Part shown: positions 1-11,207 of the stretch, one piece after another | Layout: the number at the start of each line of letters is the position of its first letter | Position numbering within the stretch: the first letter of the stretch is position 1 | NCBI GenBank assembly: GCA_001643675.2 | Contig: LSRY02000006.1 | Span: 1,302,001-1,366,000 of the forward strand | Reading direction: 5' to 3' | DNA from: Monocercomonoides exilis PA203 | Lineage: Eukaryota; Protista; Preaxostyla | DNA: 64,000 nucleotides | Translations under genes and position numbers: made by a program | Notes under the pieces: generated by a model | Told to the model about the DNA's origin: nothing | Database searches by the model: none | What the model saw: the letters and a program-made list of their open reading frames with translations, nothing else

Positions 1-3000
1 GATATTCATATTTCATTCAACAAAAGCCACTTTGAAGCATGTTCTACCAATCAAACTTCCGATGAATCAATCTACGGAGGAGCTATAAAGCTTTGTATGT
101 CTCCAGATAATGTGCTGAAATTTGAAGAATGTGAATTCAAAACTTGCATCATACAAACTGTTGATTCTGCAAATCATGTAAATGACGATGTAAACTATCT
201 TTCTTTTGGAGGTGCGATTTATTTATCACTTCTTGATGCAAGCGTCAATTGGTGTATCTTATCTAATCCTTTCCCAATTTCCACGAGCATAGAGTCCAAC
301 AAGGCTGTCTTTGGCAACGATCTGTTTGTTTCGTCTCCAAACATGACAAAAAGCATCACCACAGACACAATCGCGTTTCCTATCACACCCAATATTCATT
401 CAAACGAATTGTCGATGTACGGCGATGATTATCAGAATAACAATGAAATTCCTGATAGAATACCTTTGGTATTTTTCCTTATAGCGCTTCCATCTTCTGT
501 GTACGTATCTGAAGTTGGTGATAAATCTGCTATTTGTGGATTTCCAACATGGCCTTGTATCACTGTGAACGAAGGAATTAAACGGAGGCAGCAAGAGGCA
601 ACTATTAGAGGAGATGAAGATGCACCGTCTAAGATAAATAATGTTGACATTGTAATCAATAATAAAGAAGACATTCAAGGCGAAGTTACGTTTACACTTC
701 CTTTACGCATTACTTCAGAAAATGTTGAAGTTGATGATAAAACAACATTCAAAATGGAAACTCTCGTTATTCATTCGTTAGAAAACGAAGTTTCACAAAT
801 AAATTTTGTGAACTTGGATGATTATTCGGGCTTAGTTGGAGTTTTGCATAATTCTGGTTCCAATGTGACTTTTATTTCAACCACTTGCTGCATCTGCAAA
901 ACACAGATTAATAGTGATTATATTTTGTATTCTTCAAAAGGAGAACTTCGATTGGTTAATTGCAATGTTATAGTAACTTCATCTTCAATTTCTCTTGGAA
1001 ACCACTTTTCAGGAATTGCAGGTGGTATTCTAACTTTGAATAACTTCAGTTTTGATCCGTCTGGCACCAACACTTTTCAAAAGTCTATTTTTATGATTTA
1101 CGGCACAGATACAAATTGCTTATTGGCAAATCTTTCGTTTTCAAATTTGATTGGACAAGGCTCGTCTAGTCTTTTCCAGCTTTCGGGAAAGCCATCAATA
1201 GAATTGAGTGAAAGCAATTTTTCGAATGTGAAACTTGACAAATCGCCAATCATTTCTTTGCTCTCTGCTCAAAAATTGCAGCTCAGCAAAGTCAAATTCT
1301 CTGATATTGAAAGAAATTCAACAAATGGAGCTGTTCTATCAGTCCAAAATTCTTCTTTGCGAGCTTCTTCATCACTTTACGATCTCGTGAGTTCTTCTGG
1401 TTCTTCGTTGAATTCATTAAACACAAGCGTAATATTGAATAATATAACTTGCTCAAGAATTTCTATCAAAAATACATACCAAATTAAACAAGGAGGAGCA
1501 TTGTATGCTGAACTTAGCAACAGTATTTCATTCAAAGTTAATTCATCGAGCTTTGAGGATTGCGACGTCTCCGAAGAGCCAAGAGCAGATAGTCGTGGAG
1601 GTGCAATATCTATTATTCTAGATGGAACAAGCATTGAATGGGTTATTGATAATCCACTGTTTCCAGACCACCTTTCTGATAGCTCAAATAAAGCACATTT
1701 TGGGCGAGATTTATGTGTTTTATCTCAACATCTGAATCAAAGTATTACAGCAAATTGCATACCATTTGTTGATATTGCGAGCGAAAATCGATATCTGTTT
1801 GATCATTCTTCACTTGTTGGTATTGAAGAAGAAGATTCAGATTGCTATATTCCGTTACCATACTTGTTGCTTAGATTTGAAACTGATTCTTTGATACCAA
1901 CTTCGTCTGAAAATTGCGTTATACATACTTCTTCAAATGGAGATGACACCATTGCATGTGGTTTCGTTAATTACAGTTGTAGATCAATTCCTTATTCTGT
2001 TCAACGTGCTACAAGGGTAGTACCTTCTTTCAATTCTGTGCGTATTACCATTAATGAAAGTGTTACACTTGAAAATCAATTTGCCATTCCATCAAATGTT
2101 GCTCTAATGATATCCCGTACATTCGATTCTCGGTTGATTTGCGTTAATTCAGATGTCAACAATGACAATAACAAGCTTATAATGAAAACTGCTCCTTCGT
2201 TAACTTCAGGAGGTCTTCTTGTGAATAATAATGAATTATATTTAAATTCATTGGTTTTTATTTTATATTCGAAATCAAACTGCTCGCAATTTATTACAAA
2301 TCGTGGGTCAATACTTGCAATTTCGGACTGCCACGTTGAAACATTCAATGCTGGTGAAGTTATTGAAGATCTGTTTATAGTCTCGACATCTGGGACTTTA
2401 TCCATAACGAGCCTTGTCGTTTCATTTTCTTTGGAACTTTTAATGGAAACAAGTGAACATTCAGCTCTATCATTTGTTAGAGGATTCATAAACATCGATT
2501 CAAAAGAACAAAAGCCTTCGTCTTTTTCATTGAATAATTGTTCTTTTACAAATATACTTCTCGAAGAAGCATCTCTGCTTCATCTTTCAACACCTTTATC
2601 AGTATCATTATCTATGTGCAATTTTACAAATGTTTTGAACACGAAAGGGCATAGCGGATGTTTAACTTATGATCGCAATAATATGTTGATAAGCCATCAA
2701 CTTACGATAACTGATTGTATATTTGATTGTTGTTCTGTAGAAAAAGCAGAAGAGGGAAAAGCGAACAGTTTGAGTAATTTGTTGGAGAATAACAGCGGAG
2801 GAGGGTTCTATGGGCAGTTATCTGAAGCTACAGAATTGCTTATCAAAGATACTCATTTTGTAAATTGTACAGCTCCATCAGGATCAGGCTCATCAGGCAA
2901 AGGAGGAGGATTTGCGCTTTATATTTCAGCTGAAACTTCAAAATTAAAATTAGAAAGCGAGGTTTTATTTGGTGATAACAAGGCTGAATTTGGATATAAC

Positions 3001-6000
3001 GTTTTCATATGTGCAAAACATCTTTTGAGCGTGGTGAATTATACGACTTTTAAGTTTATTGTGCAAAACGAACAAGAGGAAGATATTTTGAACGGGTGTG
3101 AAGGATACGACAATTTAGATGATTCCCTTGTGATTCCATTGAAACAATTTTTCAGAGACGCTCCTGCTTGGATTCATGTTATGAGTAATGGGGTTACAAC
3201 TTCTGTCTGTGGATTTTCTGACTATCCTTGTTCCCAATTGCATTATGCGGTTGAAAGGCAGACATCAAATCGGCAAGTTCTTATTCATGATTATTGCGTT
3301 GTTAAGGATCCGATCTTGTTTAATAAAGCCTCTTATAATATTACAAGCTCACTTATTCAAGGCGAGGTTGAAACAAGACTTGAATGGGTTGAAATAAGGA
3401 TTGAAAGTTCTTTCTTAGGATCAGGAATAAACACATCTACTCTTTCAACTTCTGGCTTCTTTGAAATATCGAGTAAAGCTGCTTTTTACCACATTATGTT
3501 TTCATCAACAGCATCAATCGCAGGAACAGCCCTTTTTCGTGTGACTGGAAACACTCTTTCGTTGACAAATTGTTCAATTCGTCCAATTGTTTTATCCAGA
3601 GAACGAAATCAAGATGTGGTTTTCAATTTTTCGTTAATTGCTTTAGAAAAAGCGCGTTTGGAAGTTCTAAATTCAACTTTTTCGGGTGAGAACTTCAATG
3701 CCTCCATGCTTTTAATCGAGAAAGCGAGCAATATCACACTCACAAGATTTGTTGTTGGAAATACACAACTATTTAACAGCTCAATAATAGAACATATTAA
3801 CACCGAACGGCAGGATGCATATTTACTATTAAGTCAATGCGAATTTCGTAACATTTCTTCCACATCTGCACCTGCTTGCATCAACGGAAGAGCAGTGAAA
3901 ATACAAATGAGTGAAGCTATCTTCAGCCAATGTGATTCGAATGATAGCAATGGAGCATATATGCATCTGGCATATTTAACAATTGACGTGACTAATTGCT
4001 CGTTTTCAGGAACAGGAATAACTCAAAATCCATCGCTTTGTGAATGGAACGACTCCATTATTTCCTTAAACAACTGCAACAGTACTTTTGACATGTTTAA
4101 TCTTGAACTTGCGCGCGATGGTGGAATTTCTGTTAACTCCGGAAGTTTGACAATGACAAAAATGACTTTTGAAAGAAACAACCCAAATAGCACTCACTAT
4201 CCATCTGTATCTCGTAATGTTCACTGTATAAATGGAACAGTAATGATGCATCATGATAATACAATAGCTGATGCAATGTATCAGCATGAGTGGGTTCTTT
4301 CTGAAGGGTGCAATGTTTTTGTAGACGACGAGCCAGTATATTTTTACTTCGAGCCAAGCGTCACTCTTTTAAGGCGTTCAGATCAAACTGGAACAACAAC
4401 TCCTCTTGACAGCATGCTCAAAAATTCTCTTCATGAGGATAGACGGAATCACGAAACAAATAGTCAAATTGCAACAAATAGGAAAGGTATTAAACGACTT
4501 TCTGAAGAATCTGCAGATCCTATTCTTGTTTCATTTACCATTGATGGATCTTTACTGCTTCCGTGCAATCTTTCTGTTGAGCTCTATACTGTCCTTGACA
4601 ATGGCACAGAGATCAATCACGATAGAGATCATCAAATAGAGAGTCTAAATGAAACAACATTAATTGCAATTATTGATTACAGGAAAATTAAGATGCAATC
4701 GCAGAGTTATTCTTCATTTTTGTCGACTTATTCTAAAAATTCTGATTCTCAAACAAACAAACTCCAATTAAGAGTGGTTTATTGGAATGAAAAAATGATA
4801 ACTCGAAGCACACAGTCTTTCCTTATTTCAACATTCACAGTATTGTCAAATGAAACAAAACCTCCAGTAATCGACAGCGGTGGGGATGACAACACATCCT
4901 CAACCCCAAGTGACTTTGATAATGGACAAGTTTCATCAACTTATTGGACTCCAACCGTTATAAAGTATTGGATTATCATTGGCAGTGTTATAGTATTTGC
5001 TTTGATTTGCGCACTGATTATTGTCTGTATTGTGATAGGAAGGCGTAAAAAGAAAATAGAAGAAGAAAACTCAGATGATCAGGAGTTAACGTTCGTTGAT
5101 ATGAAAAACAAACAAAATGAAAGAATCCAAAGACATTTGTCGGATAGGGACTCACAAAGCGATGTTAACACTGAAGATGAAGAGCATTTACAAGCTAATC
5201 CACTTGCGCCAACGCAGGTTTCTCTTATTTCTGATTATGCTACATCTTCGGCTATTCCTTTGTCGACTGATCCATCTTCTCACTCCGTTAATACGACTGG
5301 TACAAAGAAGAAGAATCGTCGTTCGCTTATTCGTCAAAATGATGTGCAGGATTTGCAACCTGATGATAATACGGATCGTAATCCGACAAGTGAAATATCC
5401 CAAGTTTTCGTTCAGACTAATCCTCCTTCAAATTCATCGAAAGAAGGAAATCACGGGCTTAGGATTGATCAAATCAGCAATGAAAATGTTTCTGACTTGT
5501 CGAAAAATAGAATTGACGGGTCAGACAATAGAATATCGAAAAGTCAACGCAAACGAGCTCAGAAACCAGAAAATACAGATGACAATACATTCTCACCTAA
5601 TAATGATACTCAACAGAAAAAGAAACAGAAAAACGGAAAAAAGAAAAAGAAAAGCATTGGGAAAAGGGATGATAACACGGAAATAGCTGCTTCTCCTGCT
5701 CCTGAAACAAGAAGCATGAAAAAGGAAAGGGCAGAAAGTGAACTGAATGATGATGTTCTATTAAGGACGGCTACTCAGTGGATGAATCTTCATCCTCCAA
5801 CACCAGAATTTGACGAAAACGATCATAACATGAATTTGCATTTCGAACAAAAGAAATCCAACTTGGTAGATAACTGGACAGCAGAGGATAATTTTACTGA
5901 AGAGGAAATGGAAAATGAAATTGAAGGTGGTACAGATGTGGAATTGGATATGAATTTGGTGGGGAAATGGAACATCGAAGCAGGGCAAGGACAAGGAATG

Positions 6001-6273
6001 GATTTTATGGACGAGTGGGAAATCGGCAACAGCTTTGATAATTTTGATGAAAATGACATTTATACTGGTATTTCACTGGACTCGTTTAAGTTTGAAGAAA
6101 ATGACACTTTTGGTACAGCCTTTGGTGCTGAGGCTTCTTTCGGAGTGAACATGATTAATCAAGCAGATGATCAAATCCAAAGGGAAAAGAAGCACAAGAA
6201 AAAGAAAAAGCATCAAAAAGTTGTCAATACAGATGTTTTAAAAATTAGCACTACAAGAAAAGGATCAACTTGA
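1..6273 (+). CDS. Large Cys-rich type I membrane/surface protein, 5'-truncated by the window; GGA(I/L)/FxxC repeats suggest a parallel beta-helix (pectin-lyase/Pmp-like) ectodomain
   Basis: Frame is open from base 1 (DIHISFNKSHFEAC...YGGAIKLCM), so the ATG at 97 is internal. Repeated GGAI/GGAL/GGGF motifs, NKAxFGxD motifs and three CGFxxxxC modules. One TM segment (WIIIGSVIVFALICALIIVCIVIG) followed by RRKKK and a ~400-aa charged tail. No intron needed. Confidence 0.8.
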   Translation, partial: DIHISFNKSHFEACSTNQTSDESIYGGAIKLCMSPDNVLKFEECEFKTCIIQTVDSANHVNDDVNYLSFGGAIYLSLLDASVNWCILSNPFPISTSIESNKAVFGNDLFVSSPNMTKSITTDTIAFPITPNIHSNELSMYGDDYQNNNEIPDRIPLVFFLIALPSSVYVSEVGDKSAICGFPTWPCITVNEGIKRRQQEATIRGDEDAPSKINNVDIVINNKEDIQGEVTFTLPLRITSENVEVDDKTTFKMETLVIHSLENEVSQINFVNLDDYSGLVGVLHNSGSNVTFISTTCCICKTQINSDYILYSSKGELRLVNCNVIVTSSSISLGNHFSGIAGGILTLNNFSFDPSGTNTFQKSIFMIYGTDTNCLLANLSFSNLIGQGSSSLFQLSGKPSIELSESNFSNVKLDKSPIISLLSAQKLQLSKVKFSDIERNSTNGAVLSVQNSSLRASSSLYDLVSSSGSSLNSLNTSVILNNITCSRISIKNTYQIKQGGALYAELSNSISFKVNSSSFEDCDVSEEPRADSRGGAISIILDGTSIEWVIDNPLFPDHLSDSSNKAHFGRDLCVLSQHLNQSITANCIPFVDIASENRYLFDHSSLVGIEEEDSDCYIPLPYLLLRFETDSLIPTSSENCVIHTSSNGDDTIACGFVNYSCRSIPYSVQRATRVVPSFNSVRITINESVTLENQFAIPSNVALMISRTFDSRLICVNSDVNNDNNKLIMKTAPSLTSGGLLVNNNELYLNSLVFILYSKSNCSQFITNRGSILAISDCHVETFNAGEVIEDLFIVSTSGTLSITSLVVSFSLELLMETSEHSALSFVRGFINIDSKEQKPSSFSLNNCSFTNILLEEASLLHLSTPLSVSLSMCNFTNVLNTKGHSGCLTYDRNNMLISHQLTITDCIFDCCSVEKAEEGKANSLSNLLENNSGGGFYGQLSEATELLIKDTHFVNCTAPSGSGSSGKGGGFALYISAETSKLKLESEVLFGDNKAEFGYNVFICAKHLLSVVNYTTFKFIVQNEQEEDILNGCEGYDNLDDSLVIPLKQFFRDAPAWIHVMSNGVTTSVCGFSDYPCSQLHYAVERQTSNRQVLIHDYCVVKDPILFNKASYNITSSLIQGEVETRLEWVEIRIESSFLGSGINTSTLSTSGFFEISSKAAFYHIMFSSTASIAGTALFRVTGNTLSLTNCSIRPIVLSRERNQDVVFNFSLIALEKARLEVLNSTFSGENFNASMLLIEKASNITLTRFVVGNTQLFNSSIIEHINTERQDAYLLLSQCEFRNISSTSAPACINGRAVKIQMSEAIFSQCDSNDSNGAYMHLAYLTIDVTNCSFSGTGITQNPSLCEWNDSIISLNNCNSTFDMFNLELARDGGISVNSGSLTMTKMTFERNNPNSTHYPSVSRNVHCINGTVMMHHDNTIADAMYQHEWVLSEGCNVFVDDEPVYFYFEPSVTLLRRSDQTGTTTPLDSMLKNSLHEDRRNHETNSQIATNRKGIKRLSEESADPILVSFTIDGSLLLPCNLSVELYTVLDNGTEINHDRDHQIESLNETTLIAIIDYRKIKMQSQSYSSFLSTYSKNSDSQTNKLQLRVVYWNEKMITRSTQSFLISTFTVLSNETKPPVIDSGGDDNTSSTPSDFDNGQVSSTYWTPTVIKYWIIIGSVIVFALICALIIVCIVIGRRKKKIEEENSDDQELTFVDMKNKQNERIQRHLSDRDSQSDVNTEDEEHLQANPLAPTQVSLISDYATSSAIPLSTDPSSHSVNTTGTKKKNRRSLIRQNDVQDLQPDDNTDRNPTSEISQVFVQTNPPSNSSKEGNHGLRIDQISNENVSDLSKNRIDGSDNRISKSQRKRAQKPENTDDNTFSPNNDTQQKKKQKNGKKKKKSIGKRDDNTEIAASPAPETRSMKKERAESELNDDVLLRTATQWMNLHPPTPEFDENDHNMNLHFEQKKSNLVDNWTAEDNFTEEEMENEIEGGTDVELDMNLVGKWNIEAGQGQGMDFMDEWEIGNSFDNFDENDIYTGISLDSFKFEENDTFGTAFGAEASFGVNMINQADDQIQREKKHKKKKKHQKVVNTDVLKISTTRKGST

Positions 6274-6691
6274 ATAACTCAACGGTAAATGAATTAACTC
6301 TTTAATATTGTTTTGCTTATGTTTATTGTTTTTGTTTTTGTGCTGTGTTGACAACAAATATTAGAAATTTAAAAAATACATTTTTTTTTTTGCTTATTTG
6401 TTTATTTTTTTGTTAACATTCTCATCTTTTTGTGAAAAGTTAATTTAAGCATTCGATATTTAAAATTGTCTTCTTAGAGAAATTTGCTTTTAATATTTGT
6501 GAAAATTCATTTCATTTCATTGTATTATGAAATTACTTTTTTTTGGAATTACATTTTTTATTTTTCCTTGTATCTTGATAATTTTCACTATGTGATAAAT
6601 TAATAGCTCAATTAATCAATATATATTTTTCGTTTTTTGTTTTATTAACTAGTTAATGTTTTCATTTTTGATCCAATGAACCAGTATCTGG

Positions 6692-8278
6692 ATGCATGCG
6701 ATTCGTCTTGAAGGAGGAGCCTGTTTTCGACAGGTAGGCAAAAAATTAAACATTTACCCCAATGATTTGTTTTTATTTTATTGTTTTGATAAATAGGCTC
6801 TTATATTATCTATTTTGTCCCATCGTGATGTGGTAATTGAAAAAATACATAATTTTGAGGATATTCCAGGGTTAAAAGATTATGAGAAAAATTTGCTGGA
6901 TATGATTAAAAAAATAATGCAAGGATGTGCAATTTCTATAGATGCTACAGGGACAAGACTGTTTTTCCGCCCTGGAACTCTGACTGGAGGTGATCTTTAT
7001 CATGAATGTAATGTTAGTCGAGGTATTGGGTACTATCTCGAGGTGTTGTTGGCCCTTGCACCATTTTCAAAGACTCGTTTGACGAGCACACTTGTGGGAG
7101 TAACTAATTGTAGCGATAATCAAGGTCCAGATCCATCTGTTGATTCATTAATCGATTGTGCAATTCCTGTCTTACAAAAGTTCGGAATTATTGCCGATCT
7201 TGAATTAAAAGTTAAGCGTCGTGGAACTGCAGAGTTTGGAGGAGGTGAGGTTACATTTACGTGTCCTGCAGTTAGCAGTTTAAAGGTTTTTTATAAAATT
7301 ATTTTTTCGCTTTTTTAATGTTACATTTTCTTTATTTTTTTTGGAAATTACTACGTGTGTGCACTTTTCATTTGTTAATTTGTTCTTTGTTTGTTTATAC
7401 GATTTCTTAGTCAATAAATTGGCGTGATCCTGGATTTATCAAAAAGATACGAGGAGTTGCATATTCAATAAATTTATCTCATCAGATGGCAGATGTAATG
7501 GTATCAAGTGCAAAAGGAATGCTCCTAACTCTTCTTCCTGATGTTCGTATTGATAAGGATGTCAGAAGCGCAAAAATTGTATGTAATCTTCATTTTTTTA
7601 AAAAACAAATATTTTTATCAAATTTGTATTTTATTTGACAATATGAAGCCATCCACTTCATCTTCCACATCAACATCAACACCTCAATCTGGAAGTGGTT
7701 TTGGAATTGTTCTTACAGCTATTTCTACAACAGGCTGTAGTTATTCTGCTGAAGCTCCGTCATCATCAAATATTCTTTCAAAACACAACACATCTTCCTC
7801 ATCTTCAATGTTATCTTCTTCAACGTCTAATGTTTCAAGTGCCTTATCTCCTTCGGATGTGGGTATTCTTGCAGCATCTCGTCTTTTATGTGAAATAAAA
7901 GATGGAGGTTGTGTTCCTTCGTTTGTTCAGTGGCTTGTTCTTCTCCTTCTTCCATTGACACCATCTGGTGATGCGTCATTTGTGAAGATGGGAGAGTTGA
8001 GTGAAAATGCTATTCAGATGATGCGCTTAATGAGAGAATTTATGGGAATAATGTTTCGCGTCAAAGAAAAAGAGGAAGAGCAAATTGCAAGGCATTTTAC
8101 AAGTGAAAAGAATGAAAATGAAAAAGAAGATGATTCCGTTTCGTCTGATGATGGCGATGAAGCGATCGAGGAGGATGATGAAGCAAGTCAAGAAGAATCT
8201 AAACGATTGCATTTTACCTCGGTGGAGATAAGCGTTATGGGAAGAGGATTTGCAAATTTGGCTCGTCACACTTCGTAG
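6692..8278 (+). CDS. RCL1: RNA 3'-terminal phosphate cyclase-like protein (18S rRNA biogenesis), 4 exons: 6692-6733, 6797-7285, 7411-7578, 7649-8278 (~442 aa)
   Basis: GT-AG splicing joins MHAIRLEGGACFRQ|ALILSILSHRDVVIEKI...PGLKDYE...RGIGYYLE.L..LAPFSK...GGGEVTF...|DPGFIKKIRGVAYS...|GFGIVLTA...SAE. These match RCL1-family motifs and the spliced length is a multiple of 3. Confidence 0.92.
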
Positions 8279-8468
8279 TTTTTTCATTTCATGGAATTAT
8301 AATTAAAAATTTGTCATTTCACAAGTATAAATAAAACATTTTATTCAATTTGTTTTTAATCAATAATCTTTCAGCGTTATATGAACCATATTTGAATTTT
8401 AACATTTTATATTTTGTTTATCAATAACGTGGTAAATGCATAAGATTTGTTTGCCAAATTATACAAAT

Positions 8469-8714
8469 GTTTTTTTTTTTTTTTTTGAATTTTTCATTTT
8501 GTTTAGTTTTCAGTTGAAATCAAAATTGAATATTTTCAACAAATTTTCATTCAAACTCACCTATATTCAAAAGAATGGAAAAAGATAATTGGAAATATGA
8601 TAATCATCATCCTTGTGAATATTTGTTAGTTGGAATGAAAGTTTGATGAAAATATTCATATTTGTTTTTAATTAAATACACAAAAGATTATTCAAAATGA
8701 GAATTTTTGCATTC
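8469..8714. mobile_element. Hairpin MITE, family B copy 1 (~246 bp)
   Basis: Inner arm TGAATATTTTCAACAAATTTTCATTCAAACTCAC pairs with the reverse complement of ~8610-8658. The arm is homologous to 10662-10755. Flanked by AAAT at 8465-8468 and 8715-8718. Left terminus is eroded by a poly-T run. Confidence 0.55.
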
Positions 8715-8873
8715 AAATAAATAAATTTTGCTTTCAAAATGGAAATTTTGCAAACAAATTAATAATTTTTTTCAAACTCAATAATAATTTTTAAGTTCGA
8801 ATTAATAATTGTTGAAAACCTAACAAAAACTTATTCGCACTCTCACTAAATTTTGTGATAAGCAGTTTTCCAC

Positions 8874-9054
8874 TTGGGGCAAAATATTTTCATTTATGAA
8901 AAAAACAACAATTTGCTCCAAACTTTTTCCACAACCTTATCATGAGAAATCTTGCATTCCTATGTCAAAAAAATACAGAAAAAATTAAAAATTGAGAAAA
9001 ATATCTGTTAGAGAAGAATGGAACAAAATTCAAAAAGCTAAAAATTTTGTCCCA
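8874..9054 (-). repeat. Dispersed ~180-bp repeat (family C), inverted relative to the copy at ~24873-25053
   Basis: TGGGGCAAAATATTTTCATTTATGAAAAAAACAACAATTTGCTCC resembles the reverse complement of ~25005-25053. The reverse complement of 9018-9054 (TGGGACAAAATTTTTAGCTTTTTGAATTTTGTTCCATT) resembles 24873-24910. Confidence 0.5.
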
Positions 9055-9149
9055 CTTTTGAATCGGAAATAATTTTGTGTTGTCATTATTTTGGGCAAAT
9101 GGCACTTATGATCCACGTCTCAAATCTTTTCAACACAAAGAAATAATAA

Positions 9150-10600
9150 AAGAGAGCATGTTGTTTTTCTATTTTAGAAATTATGATAGGTGATGAAATC
9201 GGTATTAGTTTATCAGCCTCCCATTCAGATGCATCAGCTCCATCCTCAGCACCATCTGATGATAAATCTGTTTCCAGTTCATAATCTTATTCAGAAGATT
9301 CTTCTTCATGAAGCGTTTCATCTCCAGCCTCTTCTTCCTCTTCTTCTGGCCCAAAAGCTTCATCCTCAGAAGCTTTGTATTCTTCATCACTGTATTTCAT
9401 AACATTCGACACAAAAAATAAAAAAATCAACTCTTCATATTCAGAAAAACAAAAATGAATAGATAAATACTCCCATTCTATTTATTCTCACTCCATGTGA
9501 AGGCATGAGCTTTCGAAGTTAAGCCCGCAATGCTTTAAAATGATTTGTGCAAGCACTGGTAATTGAATCTAAATAAGTGAGAAATAACATTTCAGGAAAA
9601 ATGACAATAAAAAGAGAAAATAAAAACACACAAAATAATCGGAATGATTGACGGTCTTGTGTGTGAATTCATTCTCACTCAAAGAAGAATATGCTTTCCA
9701 TTAGTCAGAGTTAATTTCTGTTCCTGCACGAATATATTTATTTTTATTAACGGAATTAATACTGAAGCAGATCTGTAAAACACAGGATAAACAAATGCTT
9801 TTCCTCCACGTTCCTGAGCACAGAAAATCTGTGTATGCTTCTTCGCACAGCCTATCAAAAAAAGTTCATTCAATAATAAAGTTTCAATAGAAAAAGAATA
9901 ATGACCTCTCTTGGATTTTTGTCTTCTCCAGACAGCTTCGTCAATTTCTGCAAAGCAGTCAGGTCCTCCTATGGGAGTTTGAATTCCACCAATCATCTGA
10001 GTACTTGTTCTCATGCAAATGCAATGATAATTAGAAACACTATGTTTTTCGCACAAAGTTAGAGATAATGTTTGTTTTATATTGAGATGATTGTCAAAGA
10101 AGAAAAGGGTCAGAATAAGATTTGAAATTGAAAGCTTCGATTTTGAAAACGGAGTTCCTGTCCTGTATGAAACTTCTTTTCTGCTTTTGCAGCATCAAAA
10201 GAACCATTTTCATTCACTTCCTTTTATTTCAATTATAAATGTGTGATTATTTTTGAAATCATATTTTTTTTATGCAAAAAATTCGGTTCGAGCATTTCAC
10301 TTGAATATTAACAAAAGAACACTGAAAAGTTAAAATACAAATAAAAGAAATCCTTTCATTTTTTAGCTTTGTCTTTTGTTTATTAAATGGCTGTGATGAA
10401 ACTTATCATTAAAATACAAAATCGGGATTAAATGGCAAACAACATTTGAATAATCAACACTCCGAAATAATTTATGATTTCAAAAAGAATCTCCCAAATG
10501 AACGACAATTCGCAATTGGGCATCTTCATTTAGTGTAAACTGCATTATCGTGAAGCAATTGCATTGTTTCTCCATTGTCGCAAAAAAATACTTAAATAAC
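9150..10600 (-). pseudogene. Merlin / ISXO2-like (IS1595 family) DDE transposase pseudogene with introns, split by a MITE; outer coordinates approximate
   Basis: Minus-strand translation: RCPIANCRSF[MITE]IIEIKGSE*KWFF*CCKSRKEVSYRTGTPFSKSKL...IGGPDCFAEIDEAVW..KSKRG[intron 9905-9852]CAKKHTQIFCAQERGG...RSASVLIPLI[frameshift]YIRAGTEINSD*WKAYSSL...FTHKTVNHSDYFV[intron ~9630-9569]DSITSACTNHFKAL, then an acidic tail. Matches the IGGxGxxVEIDE / GTxIxSDxWxAY / HxTVNHS / TNxIE signature. Several stops are present. Confidence 0.88.
10241..10495. mobile_element. MITE family A copy 1 (255 bp), 4-bp TSD AAAT
   Basis: TIRs GTGTGATTATTTTTGAAATCA ... TGATTTCAAAAAGAATCTCCC. AAAT at 10237-10240 and 10496-10499. 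Removing the element plus one TSD restores the transposase frame (AAT TGT CGT TCA TTT ATA ATT on the minus strand). Confidence 0.85.
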
Positions 10601-10661
10601 TTCTATTTTTCCTCATAAATGATACAATATATGACATTCATCAATGTTTTTGGAATAATAT

Positions 10662-10905
10662 GTCCATATTTTTTTTTGAAAAGTTCCTTTTGTTTAAGTT
10701 TCATGTGAAAATGAAAATTATATATTTTCGTTGAAATTTTTTTCCAACTCATCAACTTTCACCAGTATAAAAATTTTCACATTGTCAAGTTTTTGTTTTC
10801 ATGACAAAGAAATTTGGTGAGTTGGAATAAAATTTTAACGAAAATATATAATTTTCATTTTAACTTGAAAATTAAATTAAAGGAACTTTTCAAGAAAACT
10901 TAGAC
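10662..10905. mobile_element. Hairpin MITE family B copy 2 (244 bp), flanked by ATAT
   Basis: ~90-bp imperfect inverted arms (10662-10755 vs ~10814-10905; e.g. TTGAAAAGTTCCTTT and AAAATGAAAATTATATATTTTCGTT). ATAT at 10658-10661 and 10906-10909; being palindromic, it cannot be cleanly separated from the TIR. Confidence 0.75.
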
Positions 10906-10953
10906 ATATATGTACTCATCAAAATTAAAACCAATAATTTTGAACACAAATAT

Positions 10954-11207
10954 GTGTGATTATTTTTGAAATCAAATTTTCTCTGTCAAGTTTTTCGGTT
11001 CTATTTTTTCTCTTGAATATTAACAAATGAACAGTGAAAAGTGAAAAGGCTGATAAAAAACATTTTCATTTTTATTCGGTATATTCATTTGTTTTTAAAA
11101 CAGTTGTGGAGATTGTAGCATTTAAATACAAAATCTCTTCCCTTAGACAAAAAAACTTTGAATAACAAACACACCGAAAAAAATTATGATTTCTAAAATA
11201 ATCATTC
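10954..11207. mobile_element. MITE family A copy 2 (254 bp), 4-bp TSD ATAT
   Basis: Diverged direct copy of 10241-10495 along its whole length. TIRs GTGTGATTATTTTTGAAATCA ... TGATTTCTAAAATAATCATTC. ATAT at 10950-10953 and 11208-11211. Confidence 0.8.

Noticed and set aside
9101-9130. GGCACTTATGATCCACGTCTC as a candidate TIR of the Merlin fossil
   Set aside because: Plausible GG start, but no matching inverted copy or TSD was found on the other side, so the element boundaries are not called.
9190-9402. 70-aa plus-strand His/Leu/Gln ORF and 61-aa minus-strand ORF
   Set aside because: Alternative frames of the acidic C-terminal tail of the minus-strand transposase fossil.
9300-9703. In-frame TAA codons in the transposase (SD*WKAY, RA*LRK) suggesting TAR=Gln recoding
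   Set aside because: The same fossil has TGA stops, a frameshift and a mutated catalytic residue. Host genes end in TAA/TAG/TGA and multi-kb ORFs contain no internal TAR, so ordinary decay explains it.
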